Assembly: GCA_964057225.1 (NCBI GenBank)
Contig: OZ059897.1
Location: 13,268,001 to 13,332,000, forward strand
Direction: 5' to 3'
Source: Auanema rhodensis
Taxonomy: Eukaryota > Animalia > Nematoda
Length of the DNA: 64,000 nucleotides
The notes under the pieces were generated by a model that saw nothing but the letters and a program-made list of their open reading frames with translations, was not told the origin of the DNA and made no database searches. Positions within the stretch are counted from its first letter, which is position 1; the number at the start of each line of letters is the position of its first letter. Made by a program: the position numbers and the translations under genes. Shown here one piece after another: positions 53,681 through 64,000 of the stretch.

Positions 53681-54268
53681 ATGTCCAGATTAGTTTTTGT
53701 CTTCGCATTGATCGCTCTTGTCCAGGTACAGTTCTAAATAATTATTAAATAATTAATTTTGGTTATGAAAACAACAAATTAAAAAATTCTGAAAAAAAGT
53801 GATTGGTATACTCAAATGTTTAGATTTGCCATACCCAAATGGTGGTTACTCAAGATGGATTGATTTTCAGAAATACTCGTGAAGTTGAAGCTAGTGGTGA
53901 AGGTATTATAACTATCAAAATGTTCGAATAAATAATTGTTCACCTGCTTTCAGGATCTGGTGTTGAAGGGTCTGGAGTTGAAGGATCTGGAGTTGAAGAC
54001 ACCGAAAAAACTAAGGCTATTGAGGCTTCCGGAGAAGGCAGTGGAGCTGAAGCTGTAGTTGGCCATGAAGGATCAGGTGTCGAAGGATCTGGTGCTGAAA
54101 GTATTCCAAGCGCTGTTGAAGGATCAGGGGATGATTCAACTGTTTTCCATCGTAACTACTCAATGTTTGAACGATAACTAATTTCTCATTTCAGCACTCA
54201 TCTTGACTGACCCCGTCCCAGAAATCCTTGCGTTTGAAGTTGTTGAGAAAACCGATGATACCAACTAA
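53681..54268 (+). CDS. Small secreted chondroitin proteoglycan core protein (cpg-7/cpg-8-like), 4 exons
   Basis: MSRLVFVFALIALVQICHT signal peptide, RNTR putative cleavage site, nine E[AG]SG glycosaminoglycan attachment motifs, ending LILTDPVPEILAFEVVEKTDDTN*. Absent from the ORF track because the exons are short. Confidence 0.85.
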
Positions 54269-55100
54269 TTCAGAAGTGAAATTGCTTCCGATTTATGATA
54301 CTCTTAAATAATTTCTGTACAGCAAAACTTAGATATTTTTCCTACTTTTGAATCATTTCTATTTTTAAATTATGTGAAATGATCAATAAATATTATATAT
54401 AATTATTTATATATATATGTATGTCGTGTGACTTATAAATTCAAAGAAAATACACAAGGTTACAACTTGAGAACAGACAATTCAATTTAACTATCTAAGT
54501 TGCTTTGTAATAGACTTATATGAACTTCAATATTACAATAAATCCTAAGACAATAAAACTTGAATATTGAGAAACGGATTAAAGGAAAAAATGGAAAATT
54601 CCTCCCCCCACCCCGCACCTTATATGGAGACATATTTGATTTTATTATTTTTATATTTGGAAATAATCTATATTTCTTTGGAAAGACATGCAAATGTAAT
54701 ATTTCTTCACGTGAGTTCAATATAAAGTTAAAATGACATGTTGAGCTCGTTCAAGTGTGTGCTATTCATTAATCAAATTTATCAAATAATGCAATACGTA
54801 TTTTGTTTCATTTCATTATCAAATAATTTTGTTTTTAGGCTTAGATTGCTGATTTTATGTTAGATGATAATTTTTTTGTTCATAAAACACAGTTTTTTGT
54901 TTATTTTGATTAATTTTTCCTGCAATTTAAAAACTATTAGATGTCTGTACATGTACATGCATATATAAATAAATGTTTTGCAAATCTGTATATGTATATG
55001 TATATAGATATATATTTTTATCTTTAAGTTTTAGTTTCTTTTTAATTTATAAACTTTATTCAATGTTTGTATTATAATTTTACAAAATATTCAGAACAAT

Positions 55101-56735
55101 ATGTATATTAAAGCTTCTCATTATCAACGTTTTGCTACTGATGATTCTATATATGATAATGTAGCATTCAGAGCTATCTTATTAATTACTGTAAGTCCAA
55201 AGAAAATTGACTGTTTTCTTAACTTTTTGCATAGATTACCATTATTGGAGCAATAACAAATTTATTATCAGCTATTGTTTTCTTAACTGGTCTTGAATTC
55301 AGGTTTGTGTTAAAATTATGCGTTTTCATTTATTTTACAATAAAATTTTATGTTGAAATAACAGCTAAAATTAGCTTTAACTGTTTATAGAGATCCTTTT
55401 GGCTTATATCAAGGTGCTTTGTGTCTTGGAAATTTTATTTCATGTGTAAGCATATTTACTTGGATGTGTATTAATGCTTTTGTTAGGTAAAAATGATTAT
55501 AAATATCTTTTTTTTCGGGAAAAAAACCACCCGTATATTAGAATATTGCCTTCAATTCAAAACCGATTTCTGATTTCTTTTGCAGCATTGAAACAGCTAA
55601 TAGTCTATATTTCTTAAATGAGTTATTGAGTCAGATATCTTTATCATTTTTTGAATTTGGTGCTTTATGCACACTTGCCTCCGCAGTATCACGGTAATCA
55701 CATCAAATCAGCAAAGTAATTAACTATAAACGAAGTTTATCTATTCAGAGCTATAGCATTTATTTATCCAATTCAATATTCATCTGAAACTTCCTACAGA
55801 AATGCAAAAATTATTGTGATTATAGCATTATTTTTTGATACAGCATATGGGTTAGCATATTTTTGGCGTAAGTTTTAAATAAAGTTTAAACATATTTAAA
55901 ATATCTTTAGCTGGTTGTTCATTTCATGTAAATATTTTTACTCTTTTCTACGAATTTGCTGATACTCCTTGTACAGAGTTTTTGAGAGTTAATATAGATT
56001 TCATATTAAGTATTATTGTTTATTTCATCACTGGATTATTTAATTTATACAATTTATTTCGATTAAGAGAATTCAAAAAGGTATGATTCATTTTACAAAT
56101 CTTGTGATAGCTTTTCGTTGATCATGTGTTCAAATACTTGTTGTACATGTGTATGTATGCAGAAGCACATGATGTACCTCCTTACTTACCACTTATTAAA
56201 TAGTTTATATATCTATTATATTATATAATTTAAATATTTATAATGAATTTAACATTATATTTATATAAATTATATATTTTTCATATGTTATAATAAACAA
56301 ATATTTTAGAATGCAGAGTATTCCGATAAGAAAAAGACACAAGAAACTGTATTATATATTCAGGTATGAAATCTTTTTTTTTTTTTTTGCTTTTTAAATA
56401 TTTCAATTAATTAGATAACTGTTCAATTTGCTATTGATATTATGTATGTAACATTCTATCATATTATTGGTCAATTAAGTACTAGTAATTGGCAGTTATT
56501 CCTTAGTTCAACACTCATTTGGGTTTTAACTATATGTTCTCAAGGGTAAATGATATTTCTAATATGCATTAATCATATTTTTTTGTTCAGCGTTTCCTCG
56601 TTTATCATAAATTCTGAAGTAAGAAAAAGATTTTTGGTATCATGTGGAAGGGTAAAACATTCTTTTTGTCACATAAAATTGTATATTTAAGCTATTTAGA
56701 ATAGTGTATCATCTTCATCCGAATCTGGATATTAA
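55101..56735 (+). CDS. Serpentine 7TM chemoreceptor, Srx-like family, multi-exon
   Basis: Spliced frame with seven hydrophobic segments: IIGAITN, FRDPFGLY, AVSRAIALFIPIQY, GCSF...FADTPC, QETVLYIQ, WQLFLSSTLIW, IINSEVRKR; stop 56733-56735. Confidence 0.85.
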
Positions 56736-57625
56736 ATATTTTTCATGTTATAACATGATTTCAATATGGATATGGATGAGAAAGGATCTCTCTCATGTTT
56801 ATCAGCTTTCATTCATTTTTTATAAAAAAAAGAATTATAATAGAAGAAATTCTGAGAAATAATAAAAAAAAATTACTAATATTATCCTTTATTAGAATGT
56901 GTACATTAATTTCATAGGGAAAATTATTATTTTTTCCTTTGCTTTACTTATAAATTCTGGAAATTATTCTTATTATTGATAATATCTTAATATTTCAGGT
57001 GATTATTATTATTGTAAGTTATTTTACAAGAAAAGATATTCATAATTGTATTTTAACCTTTTTAGTACTCAACAAATCTTCAATATTATTTACTTTTTCA
57101 TATTACATTCTAAACTAAAATTACATTCAGATGTGCATACGGTGTCAGTTATTTTATTTTTTTAATCTTATTAATCTTATATTATTGTAATTATATAACA
57201 TATTAAATATATTTAAAAATTTTCTAAATTACACTTTAAGTTCAGAACATATGTGTTTGTATACATATAAAATATTTTTGTATAAAAAACAAACAAAAAC
57301 AAAGAAGAAACAATATAATTTAAAAATGTTTTTTATTGATGTTTTATATTAGAAATAACATTGTTTATTGTATTCTCCAACGACTAAAGACATATAATAC
57401 AAATTAAAATCGTTTGATGAGAATTCCTAACCTATAATTTAACATTTTTGTACAACATTGATTAAACTGAGAGACAAAAAAAACATAATTTACATTAATA
57501 AGTGATAACAAAGGCATAAATGCATGCAACATGTCATAGTATTAATATGTATATATATATAATTTCAATCAAAAAATATATGATATTATTCCTGATTAAA
57601 AAAATGTTTTAAAATATTGAGAATC

Positions 57626-60816
<3,191 letters not shown>

Positions 60817-60881
60817 ATTTTCTGAAAAAACTTTATTCAAAAAACTGTATGTAAAGATATAATAAAGTAAATTTTCAAAAA

Positions 60882-60911
60882 AAGCGAAACGAAGCGAGAC
60901 GAAGCGAATCG
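60882..60911. repeat. 3x imperfect 10-bp tandem repeat AAGCGANNCG
   Basis: AAGCGAAACG-AAGCGAGACG-AAGCGAATCG about 65 bp upstream of the glycerol kinase ATG. Confidence 0.8.
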
Positions 60912-63900
60912 ACAATGATCAAACTATAGTTTTCAATTTATTATTGAAACAAAAAAATGTTTTGAGAAAATGGGTGGGTAAAAATTTATCAAACAGGCTA
61001 GGAAGAGCATTCAGACAATCAAAATAATTTAATAAAAATATTAAAAAGAAGAATTTTTGACAGCAATATTGTACTTAATCATGATAGAATAACGAGCATG
61101 AAAGTCAGCATCTATTAAAAGAAAAAATATTTTGGTATCTGAGATAAAAAGAGATTTACGTCCTCGCACACATAGAACCCAACGTAGGTAAAAGAAGGTA
61201 CGAGATGAAAAAAATATTACAAAGACAGTGAACTGAAAACAAGACAATCCATGAATTCTATGAAATACGAATGAATTCGACAGATAGGCTAGGCACCACC
61301 AGGCGTTAAGAACAGTTATATGAAACAATGATGATATTGAAACAAGCCCGATGCTTTAACAATCAAAAAATAGAATTGTAAAGTAAAAAGTACAACAAAA
61401 ACGAAAAAGTGTTGAGAACAACGGACAGAGTTCAAAAGTAAAAAACGTCAATGCGCAAATGAATTGATAGAAAATTAAGAGCGAGAGCTGGTATAAGGCT
61501 CTTTCTATCTCTCGACTTTCTGTTAATATTTCATAAAATCAAAGATTATTTTAATTGATAAACATGAAAGTATTAATAGAATTTCATGCTTTTACAATAT
61601 TTCCACAATTTCAAAATATATCTTGATTTACCTAGAGTAGTGTTTATCAATTGGAAAAATTGTTGTACTTAGTGTTCCGGGGTATCGAAATGATTAATTT
61701 GTTTTGTTTTGTTTCGTATGAAAGTCATAAGGACATAGTTTGATTCGTGATTTTATACTGTAGACAGTAATAATCATTCATATGTCATTGATATTTTTAA
61801 GAAATAAAATGATATTCACGTGAAAATAATATATAGATAGATGGATCATTCAGCTTATACTTGCTCAGAATATTCAAGTTTATATATAAACATACAGAAT
61901 GAAAGAATAAAATTTTAAAATAGATAATTCAAGTTTCCGCTAACAAATAAGAGAAATTACCATCATATTTATATTGAAATGATAGTTTATTTCAAAACTT
62001 TTACTATTATTTAGTGTGTCTTATATAGACTAAGATGGCTAAAGAATGGATGATTTATGGACCTGTGGCTAAGAGGTAAAGAGACAACATGAGAGAGAAA
62101 GAGAGAGGTAAGAGAAAATAGAGAGAAACCATATGATAAGGACTATAATAGGACATGTTTGACATATATTTGTGCTTTGAGATCAAAGAAGAAAACGGAA
62201 TGAAGCAGGTAAGGATAAGGCATAACCAAAATTCCTGATTAGTCACGCAGCTCATAACAATAATTCTATTGTTACCTTTTATAGCCTGGATTCACCGTAT
62301 ATTGGTTAAAGTACTAATTTTTTTATTTTTAACAAACTGAATACAACCCCCCCCCCTTTAAATCATTCCTCTTGCTTCCTTCTAACGTTCACTGTTAACC
62401 AGTCTTATTCACTCCCTGAAGAATCTCAGATGTCATGAATTTGGGGAGATTTTTTCGCCTTACAATCCTGATTGAACACCTTGTTTTACGCTAACACTTT
62501 GACTACAACAGCTGATACTTTTCTAAAGAATTGGAGAGGATGATACTTACTCAGAATTTCGAAATATCACGAGGAAAAATTATAATTTCAAAAAGACGAG
62601 CAAGAGCCGGAAAGACGTTGCTGAGGTGTTATCAAGTTCTTCATTTTAAACTTGATAATAACGACCTAATAAAAGAAAAGTTGAAAGTTTCTGGTGTTGT
62701 TCTTCAGAAGTTATATCACAAAAGTAAAGAACGATTGAAATGAACGAGCGAAGCACGTGAGACACTTTGAAAATCACAAGAAGTTATCTGATAGGCTATA
62801 TGATTGACACATTACAATGAAATAATAAAAAATATTGGAAAAATGAAGAATATAGTATGAGGTCACAATGTATTTGATATCAAAACATGCAAAAGGAATG
62901 AAACTGTGGTTTTCGAGCTCGAGCAAGGGAACTGTTTTTAGCAACATCTGACCATTGCAGACAGATAACAACAGCAGGTGCGTAGAGACGAATTATCGAA
63001 AAGGTTTAAACTGTATTATTTCGTTGAATTCTTTGGAGAATTTCAAGAAAATGACCGAATAGAAGAAATGTAGTGAAGAAAAAAGCGGAATTGGTACTGA
63101 TGATAAAGGAATGCAACCGCATGGGCCTTTCAACGTTTTTTAGAATGAACAACCACGCGCTGTGATACGCTCTTATTCTCTGTCAATCTCTCTCCATTCG
63201 CAACGCTATCTATCTCACGTGAGTTACGTGAAATGTCGAGAAGATGATGATATGATAGGCTTAATGTCATGTAGATCAACAAGATACGACGCGATCCAAG
63301 ATTTGCTTTGGATTTGTAACTGTTGATTTTTTGGTTAGGCTGATTGATGAACTCTGCTGAACTCGTGCACCCAGTTGCACTCAATGCACTCGCTTACACG
63401 CTAACAGCGAACATTGTACATTGGCCCATAAGTTAAGAAAAGTGGTACCAAAGATAATTCGGTAGCTGATTAGATTGATTATATGGATAGTTAATTGGAC
63501 AGTAGTAAAAGAAATAATTATTTTTCTATTAAAATATAAAAAATATTTTTTGTTAATTCAATTAATTCAATAAGTCGGTCGTTGTATACAATTGTAATAA
63601 TCTACTAATAATGAAACATTATAATATTTATTATATCTATAACTTAATGATAAATCAAGAAACAAGATGAGAAAATTTCAAAAAAATAAATTAGAAAAGC
63701 ACGTGGTTTGCTAAAATCGAAATCGATTAGTCACTACGGAGAATTGGAAGAAAAAAAATTGAAAAGACTGTTGGCATCTTAGGGAATTATGGAACAGATA
63801 CTTTATAGTTTATAGTCTGACGTCAGATAAAACCTTTTAAGTTTGCGGCATAATTCTTGAGTTAGCAACGTGATTTTCTGAAATTCTTTTTCTTTCACTT

Positions 63901-64000
63901 CAGCTCACTTTTCAAAAAAAAAAAAGATATTTTCAATGGTGTAAGGAAATGACATGAAGGAGAAGAACTGATAGATAAAGAAGATAGATAGGATTAAGCA

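Noticed and set aside
62531-63450. ORFs including RAGKT (P-loop-like) and a GC-richer block resembling a transposon relic
   Set aside because: No GxxxxGKT, no transposase or RT motif, no terminal repeats; BLASTX would be needed.

Overview
AT-rich eukaryotic genomic DNA, most likely from a rhabditid (clade V) nematode. The basis is many ~40-55 nt GT-AG introns, TTTCAG-type acceptors, acceptor-like sites just before ATGs, and proteins close to C. elegans homologues. The supplied ORF track mostly shows exon fragments or shadow ORFs, so genes were rebuilt by hand-splicing. Twelve multi-exon genes were found, in order: a Cys-rich surface protein of unknown function (+), hlh-1/MyoD (-), a CYP2-clan P450 resembling cyp-36A1 (-), an atypical 3beta-HSD/SDR (+), ERp18/TXNDC12 (+), a divergent KChIP/NCS EF-hand protein (+), apd-3 AP-3 delta (-), a redox-inactive HDEL thioredoxin-fold protein (+), a DOMON-like/charged-stalk/GPI protein (+), a small Ser-Gly proteoglycan core protein (+), an Srx chemoreceptor (+) and glycerol kinase (-). 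No rRNA, clear tRNA, CRISPR array or intact transposon was seen. The best candidate for something undescribed is an intergenic ~185 nt island (26916-27100) that folds into a closed multi-branch RNA-like structure with a GAAA tetraloop and a B-box-like motif. Family assignments come from recalled motifs, not database searches.
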